Shown piece after piece: positions 38,649 to 47,272 of a stretch of 64,000 nt of DNA (positions within the stretch are counted from its first letter, which is position 1; each line of letters starts with the position of its first letter). The translations under genes were made by a program, and so were the position numbers. Source of the stretch: Deltaproteobacteria bacterium (GTDB lineage: Bacteria > Desulfobacterota > Binatia > UBA12015); NCBI GenBank assembly GCA_046583355.1, contig JAYGCM010000069.1, forward strand, positions 1 through 64,000, in the 5' to 3' direction. The notes beneath the pieces were generated by a model. That model had not been told where the DNA came from and did not search any database. It saw only the letters and a program-made list of their open reading frames with translations.

Positions 38649-39644
38649 CTAATCTGCACTCCGCAGCGGTAGGTCGCGCGAAGCGCGGCGGCGGCCGTAG
38701 CGTAGTGGGATGAGCAGGTGGCGGGGGTCGAGCGGGCGCCAGTCTTCGATCTGCGCCTGCGTACGCCTGCGGGTCGCTTCGTCGAGCAGGGGCCAGGCCA
38801 CAAGCGCGCCGGCGAGGTTCAGGTAGCGCAGCAGGAGGTAGGCGAGGTAGCCGGGCGGGCCATGCGCTTTCCAGACGAATAGGTCCTCGGAGAGGGCGGC
38901 CTGGCGCCGTCGCGCGCGGTCGCTGCGGCGCGCGTCGCCGCCGTGCGAGACGCTGGCTTCCGCACAGAAAAAAACTTGGCCGCCGCGTGCGCGGATGCGA
39001 CGACAGAAATCGATCTCCTCACAATAGAGGAAGAAATCCGGGTCGAAGCCGCCGACGGCCAGCGCGGCCTCGCGGCGTGCCAGCAGGAATGAGCCCTGTA
39101 CGGCATCCGTGGCATGTGAGACTTCCTGTTCGCGCCGATGTGTGTTGGTGTTCTTTGCCGCCAATGCAGCCGGTGCGAAGCGGCGCAGCAGCGGACGGGC
39201 AAGGGGTTGGTTGGCCAGCGCGGCCATGGGGCCGGGCCAGGTCGCACGCGGGTAGGCACTGCGCTGAAATGAGCCGTCGCGGTTGTGATGGCTACAACCG
39301 AGCACGTCGGGGGCCGGGGAGAGGCCGTCGGCGACGGCGAGGCAGGTGTCAAGCGCCGGCCCCTGCAGTCGGGTGTCGGGGTTGAGCAGGAGGATCCATT
39401 CTCCGCGGGCTTCGGCAAGTGCGAGGTTTACCGCGGCGGCAAAGCCCGGGTTCTGCGGTGCCGCGATCCAATGCGCGTCCGGAGCTTCGGCCAGAAGCCG
39501 GCGCTGCGCGGTCTCGCTGCCCTCGTTGTCGACAATGAAAATTTCAAGATCGTGGTCGTGCGTCTCCTGGCGCACACTCGCCAGCGCGCCCGCGATGCCC
39601 TCGGGGTCTCTGTAGTGCACAAGAATTACGCTGACGAGGCTCAA
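38649..39644 (-). CDS. Glycosyltransferase family 2
   Basis: IVDN, NPGFAAAVN, LLNPD, GGFDPDFFLYCEEID. Confidence 0.92.
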   Translation of the reverse strand: MSLVSVILVHYRDPEGIAGALASVRQETHDHDLEIFIVDNEGSETAQRRLLAEAPDAHWIAAPQNPGFAAAVNLALAEARGEWILLLNPDTRLQGPALDTCLAVADGLSPAPDVLGCSHHNRDGSFQRSAYPRATWPGPMAALANQPLARPLLRRFAPAALAAKNTNTHRREQEVSHATDAVQGSFLLARREAALAVGGFDPDFFLYCEEIDFCRRIRARGGQVFFCAEASVSHGGDARRSDRARRRQAALSEDLFVWKAHGPPGYLAYLLLRYLNLAGALVAWPLLDEATRRRTQAQIEDWRPLDPRHLLIPLRYGRRRASRDLPLRSAD

Positions 39645-40663
39645 GGCTTACACTGCTCGCAACGAGTGGGCCGGTTCTTGGGGCGGGTCGTCAGGCGCAC
39701 CAACTCCGACCATAGGCCGCAGCCCCAGCAGAGATGGAGGGTCGGGAAGATGAGTAGGAGTCGCCCGAAATGGGCCAGGTCGCGGGGCCAGGCGGTGATC
39801 AGGGCAAAGGCGATGATCGCGGTGGCGTAGGTTCCGACCAGCAGCCCGAGAACCATTCCGGCGGCGGGCAGGATCAGATTCAGCAGAGCGGCGAGGCCGA
39901 GCGCGAGGACAAAGGCGGGTGGTACGGCCTGGCGTATCCGCAAGGAGCTCGGGTGTTTCCACAAGGTCCATGCCTTCCAGCGGCCGTAGCGTGTGTATTG
40001 ACGGTGAAGCCCCTGCCAATCCGGGCGTGGCAGATAGGTCGAATGCACGGCCGGGCTGAGCAGGATGCGCCCGCCGGCTTCGCGCAGGCGGATATTCAAC
40101 TCGTAGTCCTCGTTGGCATGAGCGTCTTCGTCAAAACCGCCGATGTCGAGCAGCGTTTTGCGGCGCCACGCGCCGAGGTAGACCGTATCGACGAGGCGCT
40201 CGTCGGTCGCATAATGGAAATGAGAATTGCCCAGACCGAAGGGCGTGCTGGTGGCAAGCGCGATGGCACGGCTCATCGGATTCTCGCCGACCGCGACCAT
40301 ACGCCCGCCGACGTTCTCGGCGCGGCCTTCTTCCAGTAGTCGGACGCAGGCGGCCAAGTAATCGCATGCGATCGTGGTGCGCGCATCGACGCGCAGGAAG
40401 AACGTGCCTCGGGCTTCGCGCATGGCGAGGTTGAGTGCCGGCGACTGGAATTTCTGCGGGTTCGCCAACAGGCGGATCCGCCGGTCTTTGGCCTGCATTC
40501 CCTGCACGATCGCCAATGTGCCGTCGTCGGAGCCGCCGTCGACGACCAGGATCTCATAGGTGCGGTCTGCGAATTCCTGGGCCAGCACAGCCTCTAATGT
40601 CCGACGGATCCACGGCGCCTCGTTCAGAACCGGGATCGCGATGGTCGCGCGGATCCCGCTCAT
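39641..40663 (-). CDS. Glycosyltransferase family 2 (ExoA-like)
   Basis: IPVLNE, VVDGGSDDGT, RVDA, DTVYLGAW, NEDYELN; C-terminal TM segments. Confidence 0.92.
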   Translation of the reverse strand: MSGIRATIAIPVLNEAPWIRRTLEAVLAQEFADRTYEILVVDGGSDDGTLAIVQGMQAKDRRIRLLANPQKFQSPALNLAMREARGTFFLRVDARTTIACDYLAACVRLLEEGRAENVGGRMVAVGENPMSRAIALATSTPFGLGNSHFHYATDERLVDTVYLGAWRRKTLLDIGGFDEDAHANEDYELNIRLREAGGRILLSPAVHSTYLPRPDWQGLHRQYTRYGRWKAWTLWKHPSSLRIRQAVPPAFVLALGLAALLNLILPAAGMVLGLLVGTYATAIIAFALITAWPRDLAHFGRLLLIFPTLHLCWGCGLWSELVRLTTRPKNRPTRCEQCKP

Positions 40664-41874
40664 GCGCCATGCCTGGAGGGTTCCTGCTGCATGCCGGAGA
40701 GTTCTTGATAAATGGTGTTGAGCTCGTCGCCCAGGCTGTCCCAGCTGTACTTGCACTGTACCAGCAGGCTGGCGGCGCGGCCCATTTGCTCGCTCCGGCC
40801 GGTATCACTGAGAAGCCGTGCGATTGCCTCGGCGATGGCTTGCGGCTCGTCGGCGAGGCTGAGATGTTCGCCGTCGCTTGCCTCGATGCCCTCGGCACCG
40901 ATTGTCGTGGAGACCACCGGGCGGGCGAGCGCCATGGCTTCGAGGATCTTGATGCGGATGCCCGAGCCGATGCGCGTCGGCGAGACAAAAACCGCGCCGC
41001 GGGCGATCTCGGGGCGCACATCGGGTACGCGTCCCCGGACATCGATGCCGCGTGCCGCGCCGTCGCGCACCAGCGCGTCGGGTGCGCCGCGGCCGACCAC
41101 GGCGAGTCGCGCTTCGGGCACCAATTCACGCAACCGTGGGAAGATTTGCTCGGTCAAAAAGTTGAGACCGTCGCGGGTCGGCCGCCAGGAATAATCGCCC
41201 GTGGTCACGAGCCGGCCGGGCTCAGCTGCCGAGAAGGGTTCGGGCTGGAAGAAATTTGTATCGACGCCATCGGGCAGAACATCGATGCGTGCGCTTGGCG
41301 CGAGCGTTCGCAGGCGCTGTGCATCGACCTCTGTCACGGCGAGGCAACGGTCGAAACGCGCACACGAGATCCCCTCGTAACGTGCCACGGCGCGGGCTTG
41401 GCGGCGCATCAGCGGACGCAAGAGTGCGCTCGTTCCCTTCTCGGCGAAGCGCTCGAGGATTCGGCTCTCGACATTATGCTCGCGCAGCAGGGTAGGGAGG
41501 TGCGACGGGATCGCGCGGACGTAGGCTGCGGTATGGAGGTGGTCGAAATGCACCAGGTCGATGTCCCGTTGCTCGCAGATCTCGACCGCCTTCTTCGCCA
41601 CGGCACGCGAATGGAGACGCGCCATCGAGAAGGGGCGCTCGGAGGTGGCCGCATCGAGCCAGGAGAAAAGGGGCCCGGTCTGGTCGCGCACTGTGACGAT
41701 GCTCTCGCAGTATGGCTTCAGCGCTTCGACCCCCTCTGCCGCATCGCGGTCACAGAGGCTCAGCAAGGTCAGCCGATTGCGCCGACCGATCTGCCGCACC
41801 AATTGGTAGAGCGCCATCCTCCCGCCATTATCAGGCGGCCAAGGAAGCTGCGGCGTAATCTGAAGAATATGCAT
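40660..41874 (-). CDS. Glycosyltransferase family 4
   Basis: PWPPDNGG, EHNVES, GSGIRIKILEAMA. Confidence 0.92.
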   Translation of the reverse strand: MHILQITPQLPWPPDNGGRMALYQLVRQIGRRNRLTLLSLCDRDAAEGVEALKPYCESIVTVRDQTGPLFSWLDAATSERPFSMARLHSRAVAKKAVEICEQRDIDLVHFDHLHTAAYVRAIPSHLPTLLREHNVESRILERFAEKGTSALLRPLMRRQARAVARYEGISCARFDRCLAVTEVDAQRLRTLAPSARIDVLPDGVDTNFFQPEPFSAAEPGRLVTTGDYSWRPTRDGLNFLTEQIFPRLRELVPEARLAVVGRGAPDALVRDGAARGIDVRGRVPDVRPEIARGAVFVSPTRIGSGIRIKILEAMALARPVVSTTIGAEGIEASDGEHLSLADEPQAIAEAIARLLSDTGRSEQMGRAASLLVQCKYSWDSLGDELNTIYQELSGMQQEPSRHGA

Positions 41875-41944
41875 CGTCGTCGGAAGAGACGGACGCTACC
41901 TATCCCACTATGCTTCTGCCGCGAAGTAGGGAGGGACGGCCGAC

Positions 41945-42331
41945 CTACCAGGCGCAGCGGATCTGGTCGTAACGGCGAAACGCCGCGTCCGGACTGAGCA
42001 GAAGTAGATCGGCTTCGCGGGCGGTGGCGAGAAGGATTCGGTCTGCCGGGTCGCGATGGTGCGGCGGCAGGAGGGTCGCAAGTGCTGCTACGCGAGCGGT
42101 GATGGCAATCTCCTTGAGGCCGTGATGGCGCGCTACGCCGGCAATCCATTCGTCGACCGGCAAGGGCAGAACGAGTTTTCCTTTTGCCGCCTTGATGCCG
42201 ATTTCGAGCGCGGAGATGGCGGAGAAAAAGAGAGTGTCGGAGGCGTCGCTAATCTCTTGGCGCGCGCGATCGGAGAGGAGGGCTGGATCACTCGCGAGCC
42301 AGAGAAGCGTGCAGGTATCGAGAAGCAGCAT
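41945..42331 (-). CDS. vapC: Type II TA toxin, PIN domain (VapC family)
   Basis: LLLDTC.LLW, SAISALEI, HRDPADRILLA. Confidence 0.92.
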   Translation of the reverse strand: MLLLDTCTLLWLASDPALLSDRARQEISDASDTLFFSAISALEIGIKAAKGKLVLPLPVDEWIAGVARHHGLKEIAITARVAALATLLPPHHRDPADRILLATAREADLLLLSPDAAFRRYDQIRCAW

Positions 42332-42343
42332 TCGACAGGTTGG

Positions 42344-42577
42344 CTACAGGAGCTCTTGCCAATCGTCGCTGTCGAGCGGCTGCACGGGATCTTCCAGGAA
42401 CACGACCTGCCCGAGCACGGGATGCGGCTGCAGCGGATCGGTATGGGTCGAAAAGCGTCGTAACTCGGCCACCGGCCGCCCCGCACGACAGATCACGACC
42501 GTTTCGTCCCTCTCCTCTACCGCCGCCAGCAGGTAGGAGAGGCGGGTTTTGGCCTCCTGAGTATTGATCCGAATCAT
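42344..42577 (-). CDS. Type II TA antitoxin, Phd/YefM family
   Basis: INTQEAKTRLS.LL..VE..ETVVICRAGRPVAEL; lies upstream of the toxin. Confidence 0.9.
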   Translation of the reverse strand: MIRINTQEAKTRLSYLLAAVEERDETVVICRAGRPVAELRRFSTHTDPLQPHPVLGQVVFLEDPVQPLDSDDWQELL

Positions 42578-42578
42578 A

Positions 42579-42613
42579 AGACCAAGTCTGGTCTGGTCTG
42601 GATCGAGAGTCAA
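42579..42613 (-). promoter_or_regulatory. TA promoter and operator
   Basis: TTGACT-N17-CAGACT on the minus strand; inverted repeat AGACCA-N4-TGGTCT at 42579-42594. Confidence 0.55.
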
Positions 42614-42738
42614 CCCCTTCGGGTGGAGTTCCGCGTTTTGCCCGCAGGGCCTGCGCGCCGGTGCAGCGAACGCCTCCGGGCCGCCATGCCGGAGACATTC
42701 GCCGTTCACGCACCCGGCGCGATGGTGGGAAGGAGCAC

Positions 42739-42785
42739 CCCGGAGGGTTCCTGGTGATTCTCCGGATTCTCCTGGTGATTCTCCG
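42739..42785 (+). repeat. Repeat family B copy with a local tandem duplication
   Basis: CCCGGAGGGTTCCTGGTG at 42739-42756; CCTGGTGATTCTCCG occurs at 42750 and again at 42771. Confidence 0.65.
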
Positions 42786-42798
42786 TCTCCCTCCGCCT

Positions 42799-44013
42799 CT
42801 ACGTCGCGCCCTCAGCGCCGGGAAGCAGAACATCAGCGATGGTCTCGGCGACGACGCGATTTGCGTCGGGGTGCAGATGCACCCAGCTGAGCAAGAGATC
42901 GCGTCGGTCGTCGAGTGCCGCTCGGGCATCGGCAAGCGGAATGCCATTCTCGGCGGTCCAATCCGCCAACCCTTCGACGAGACGATCATGGATCAACATC
43001 ACGCGTGCACCGTCGTAGATTTGCGCGATCGCCGCAAAAGGCGAAAGCACTGGGTGTTGGGCACTGCCCGGGCCGGCCGTGCCGGCTCCTACGGCGGCGC
43101 GAACAATATCGACCTCTTCGGCGTAAGTGATGCCCTTGAGTTCAGGTGTGTCCACCAGGTGCGACTTCAGCTGTTGCGTGACGACCACGAGCCTGCCGCC
43201 AGCAGCGCGGACTGCCGCGTCGAGCTTCGCTAGATTGCCGATAAACATCGCTTCTCGCTCATTGACGAGTTCTTCGCTCCAGAGAAAACCCTCTGAGCTC
43301 GGGAGTGCCGGAAAGCGATGTTGTGCCAGGGCGGCGACCACGAAGTGACGCGCCAGAAAGCGTATGGCGCCCGCAAGCGCACCGGTTTGGGAACGGGAGA
43401 TCACGCTGTCGTTGGCGCCTGCATAGACCGTGACCCAATCGGGTGCGAGCGGGGCTCCCTCGGCCTGAAACATCGCCAGGATGTTCGCGCTATTGGCATG
43501 CGGAATTGCGAAGTTGATGACTTCCCAGGCAGTTCCATCGCGCGCATTCAGAATTTCCTGGAGCTGGACCGGATAGGTCTGGTGGTCACGATTCCGATAA
43601 CCGAAGGTCGACGACGCGCCCATCGTCAATACACGCGTTTCCCCAGGCGCCTTGGCTTGGTGAAAATCCTGGCCCCGAAATCCGCGGGAGTTGATCCTTA
43701 CGGGGTATCGGGTCTCGCCATCGGGACCCAGGATGACCTTCTTTTCGCCCGGGAAATACTTGGTGTAGGCCACCACGTCGGAATCGCTCCTGACCTCGTT
43801 TTCGTGTACCTGAACGAGATTCATCTTCCGCGACCATTGCGCCATGGCAGCGATCTTGTTGCGATGCCAAGGTGTGCCGTACCAATAGATCTTGGGGCCG
43901 ACGAAGCTTGCGAAATAAGCACGTGTCCCAAGTTCGGCGAGCAGCAGCGAGAAGAGCAGCGCCCCCAGCAATAGTCCGATCTTCCAGCGCTTCTCGTTGC
44001 GTGCCGATAGCAT
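42799..44013 (-). CDS. Membrane-anchored SGNH/GDSL-fold protein
   Basis: N-terminal TM, INSRGFRG, MGASSTFG, YAGAND, SWVHL. Confidence 0.8.
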   Translation of the reverse strand: MLSARNEKRWKIGLLLGALLFSLLLAELGTRAYFASFVGPKIYWYGTPWHRNKIAAMAQWSRKMNLVQVHENEVRSDSDVVAYTKYFPGEKKVILGPDGETRYPVRINSRGFRGQDFHQAKAPGETRVLTMGASSTFGYRNRDHQTYPVQLQEILNARDGTAWEVINFAIPHANSANILAMFQAEGAPLAPDWVTVYAGANDSVISRSQTGALAGAIRFLARHFVVAALAQHRFPALPSSEGFLWSEELVNEREAMFIGNLAKLDAAVRAAGGRLVVVTQQLKSHLVDTPELKGITYAEEVDIVRAAVGAGTAGPGSAQHPVLSPFAAIAQIYDGARVMLIHDRLVEGLADWTAENGIPLADARAALDDRRDLLLSWVHLHPDANRVVAETIADVLLPGAEGAT

Positions 44014-44079
44014 GAGGTCTTCTATCACGCGGCATGTCGGAAGATCGAACCAAGAGGAATCGGCTTGGTTTTCAGCTAT

Positions 44080-44097
44080 CCCGGAGGGTTCCTGGTG
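44080..44097 (+). repeat. Repeat family B copy
   Basis: CCCGGAGGGTTCCTGGTG, identical to 42739-42756. Confidence 0.65.
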
Positions 44098-44155
44098 GTT
44101 GCCGGTGCCGGAGGTGGTGGCTGCCGAGGCTTGGTGGTTGCGCGGTCTTTCGACG

Positions 44156-45455
44156 TCAGCCGGCCGGGGCGGAAGTCGCCGCTTTGGTGCTCCCCTTGGC
44201 ACGCCCGCGTTGCGTGACCGCCTGATAGAGCTCGTCGAACGACGCTTGCAGGCACTCGGCGTAGAACCCCGGGTCGGGCATCTGTTGTCGGCATGCAGTG
44301 ATTGCGACGCTGATCTGGCCCGAGCAGCTGAAGACGGGGTGGATCAATCCCATCCCGTCCATCACCGGGCCCATGCCGTGCAGGGCCACCATGCGAGCCC
44401 CGACTGCCTCGGCCGTGGCCTTGGATGCCCGAGTTCCCTGCTGGACAAGGCGCAGCCGCTCGACGGGATCTGCCTCGTTGGAATAAAGCGTCACCGACAT
44501 CACGGATATCTGGTTGCCGGCGACGTTCTTATCATCCTCGCTACGCACCGAGATCGGTGCCATGGCAACCAGGGATTCGTCCGGCAATTAGCCGTGCGCC
44601 GTGAGGTAGCGCCGTAGCGAACCGCTACAGAGCGCCAGAATCACGTCGTTGACTGTCGCTCCGGGAGCGCCGTGGCGGATCTCGCGAATATCGTCGAGCG
44701 AGAACGAACGTCCGTCGACGACCCGATGCGGTGAGACCAGGCCGTTGAAGCGGGTTCGCGGTACCGGTCCCGAATTCTCTACGTCGATGGTGGATGAGCC
44801 GCGCAGCAGCTTGCTCACTCCCGGCGCGACACGTCGCACGGCGCGCGCGAAGCGCAGCGGGTCGCGCACCAGGCTGCCGGCGTACATCGAACTGAGCTGC
44901 AAAACGCTCGGATCGGGTTCGGGCCTCCACTCCTCCTGGGGCGGCGGCGTGCCTTCGACCTCCAGATCGTGAATCGCGGCCGTGAGCTCAGCGCCCGATA
45001 CACCATCGATCGCCGCGTGGTGAATTTTGGTGAGCACGGCGAAGCTGCCCGGCGGTACTCCCTCGACGTTGTCGAGGCCCTCGATCACGTACATCTCCCA
45101 GAGGGGCCTTGTGAGATCGAGAGGGCGTGCATGGATCCGCGCCACATTGGATGCAAAGCTGGCGCCAATCGCCCGGACTTGGCAGCGCGATATGGCGTAC
45201 GTGAAATTCGAGATCGAACTCCGGGTCTTCGATCCAATAGGGGTGATCGAGATCGAGCGGCACATGGACAATCTTTTGCCGGAAGCAACGCGCCAGATGA
45301 AGTCGACTCTCGATGTTGGCAAGGATGCCCTTGAAGGTCACCCGCCCGTCGGGCGCTGAGGACTGATCGTAGATCGCGAACGAGCCGATATGCGTCGGCG
45401 CATTTCGCGTCTCGAAGTAGAGAAAGGAAGCATCCATCCCGCTGAGTTGTTGCAT
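44156..45455 (-). pseudogene. Wax ester synthase/diacylglycerol acyltransferase (WS/DGAT) pseudogene
   Basis: MQQLSGMDASFLYFE start and HHAAIDG motif; +1 frameshift near 45146; in-frame TAA at 44588-44590; missing NVPGP segment. Confidence 0.88.
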
Positions 45456-45558
45456 GTCTATCTACTGAGCTGCCCCGTAATTGGGGAGCCCATCAATACC
45501 GACACTTTTCCTTCCGAGACAAACCCGACTGCGCTTCTGGGAGCGCGGAGGCGCAAGA

Positions 45559-46566
45559 TTATTGCTTCTCGGCGACGATTCTCCAGTTCAAGTCGGCAAT
45601 TTTGGCCTTTTCCGCATCGGTCCAGGCTTGCCCGCCTTTTTGCAGAAGGTCGAGTGATTCCTCGACCCATGGATCGAGAACGCGAATCGTCTCAAGGGCA
45701 CGAATGACGCGCCGTCCCATCAAAATCAGGTCGCGCTTCTGCTCGCATAGCGGCCAGGCCTCGCTTCGCGAAGGCGCCGAGACGAGGATGCGAAACCCGG
45801 CTCTTTCCAGAGCGGCGCAGACGTCGGCCGGATACATCGATTGGGTGGCCGCCAGGGTGGGCAGGAAGGCTCGGTGAAGCGCGAGATGTTCTTCGTTCTG
45901 CCAATCGAAATGAGGCGTCAATAGATATTCCGAGCAGGCGTATCGCGCGCCGGGTTTCAGTACGCGGTGCATCTCTTGCGCATGCGCATCCAACTCTTCT
46001 TTTTTGAAGAAGGGCCAGACGGCCTGGAAGGAAAAGCATCCGTCAAAGGTTTCGGGTTCGTATTCGAGCGGGTTGTGATGGTTGCCGACCTGGAAGTGGA
46101 GTCGGTCGGTCATGTCGCATTCCGTGGCCCAATCGACCGCGTTCTCGATCTGGTTTGGGTCGATATTGTAGCCCGATACCTGGCCGCCGGTGAGCGTGGC
46201 GAAATAATGTGAGATCCGCCCTCGGCCGCAGCCCATATCCAATAGATGGGACTCTTTGGGGTTGGGCAGGTTCAGTTCCTTCAGCACGGCTTGTTCGCAG
46301 AGCAGCTGATTCCCATAGAGGCCCTCGGATTCATCGAGCTGGGGCGGAATATAGAGTTTCTCCAGATCGAAGATCGACAACATATTGTTCAAGACCTTGT
46401 AATAATCCGCCACGGCGCGCGTCTCGTCTGCGGTCTCGGTCTGCTCACCGGCTTGCATCCGTTGAAAGAATTTATACGCGTCAACGCAGGCTTTTTTGTC
46501 CTCTTCGGGCAAGGTTGCCAGGCGCTTCACGCCGACGAATGCCGTTTTGATTCTGTACCAATCCAC
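45559..46566 (-). CDS. Class I SAM-dependent methyltransferase, sterol-C24-methyltransferase-like core
   Basis: LDMGCGRG, GYNID, FDGCFSFQA, EMHRVLKPG; lower GC than the flanks. Confidence 0.8.
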   Translation of the reverse strand: MDWYRIKTAFVGVKRLATLPEEDKKACVDAYKFFQRMQAGEQTETADETRAVADYYKVLNNMLSIFDLEKLYIPPQLDESEGLYGNQLLCEQAVLKELNLPNPKESHLLDMGCGRGRISHYFATLTGGQVSGYNIDPNQIENAVDWATECDMTDRLHFQVGNHHNPLEYEPETFDGCFSFQAVWPFFKKEELDAHAQEMHRVLKPGARYACSEYLLTPHFDWQNEEHLALHRAFLPTLAATQSMYPADVCAALERAGFRILVSAPSRSEAWPLCEQKRDLILMGRRVIRALETIRVLDPWVEESLDLLQKGGQAWTDAEKAKIADLNWRIVAEKQ

Positions 46567-46588
46567 TTTAATATTTCCTTGACTAGTT

Positions 46589-47177
46589 ATGGCGCGGACC
46601 CTTCGTCCGCTACAATCCGATGGTAAACCAAAAGGTGCAGCTGCGCACGAAGACCTGCTGGGCGCACCTCATCGGTCGCCAGACGTGGCCGTAGCGGCGT
46701 TGGCCGGGCCCTTGGCTATCGAGGAGGATGATGGCGAAGAGGTCGAACTCGGCGCGATCGCCGCGGCCGCAGCGGCTGCTCTGGAGACGCTGCCGGGTGC
46801 GATTGCCGCCAATGCCGACACGCGCGAGGTCGTGGCTGTGGCCGAGGCGGAACTGCCTGCGTTCGACGCCCTCGGCCGCCGAGATCGCCGGGTCCGTTGC
46901 CTGCGACGCGGGCCAGGCGCTGGATCTGCTCGAGATCGTGCAACGTCCCGACGCGATTTTCATCGACCTGGCGCTCGAAGGCGGCCAGGGGCTCGCGCTC
47001 GCCGCGCAACTCCGCAGCGACAACGCGACCGCTAGCGTCCCGCTCTTTCTGCTGCTCCCGGCTTCTCTCGACCCTTCCCGCCTACGCGCCGACGCCGAGG
47101 CCGCAAGCCTGCTCGGACCCTACGGAGCCAACGAAATTCGCTGCCTCATCGGCGCATCTCTGCGCTCAGACGCATAG
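46589..47177 (+). pseudogene. Degenerate, probably frameshifted response-regulator receiver-domain gene
   Basis: QALDLL..RPDAIFIDLAL..GLAL..LR..VPL lies in one frame and the preceding VVAVAE..FDAL in another, switching near 46875. Conserved Thr/Ser and Lys-Pro are absent. Confidence 0.5.
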
Positions 47178-47193
47178 AGGCTCGGCCGGAAAG
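47175..47193. repeat. Repeat family A copy (supplies the TAG stop)
   Basis: TAGAGGCTCGGCCGGAAAG; 17/19 match to TAGAGGCCCGGCCGAAAAG. Confidence 0.55.
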
Positions 47194-47272
47194 AGCGTTT
47201 TCCCTCTTCGATTGGTAACCACTCGGCACGGTAGTCGGCGATCCACGTCGGTGCCGCAGGAGCGTGAAATCC

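Noticed and set aside
42750..42785. Tandem repeat as a possible CRISPR remnant
   Set aside because: Only about 1.7 units, no unique spacers and no cas genes.
36928..47272. Prophage or integrative element
   Set aside because: No integrase, transposase, phage or conjugation genes and no tRNA target, so it was treated only as an accessory islet.
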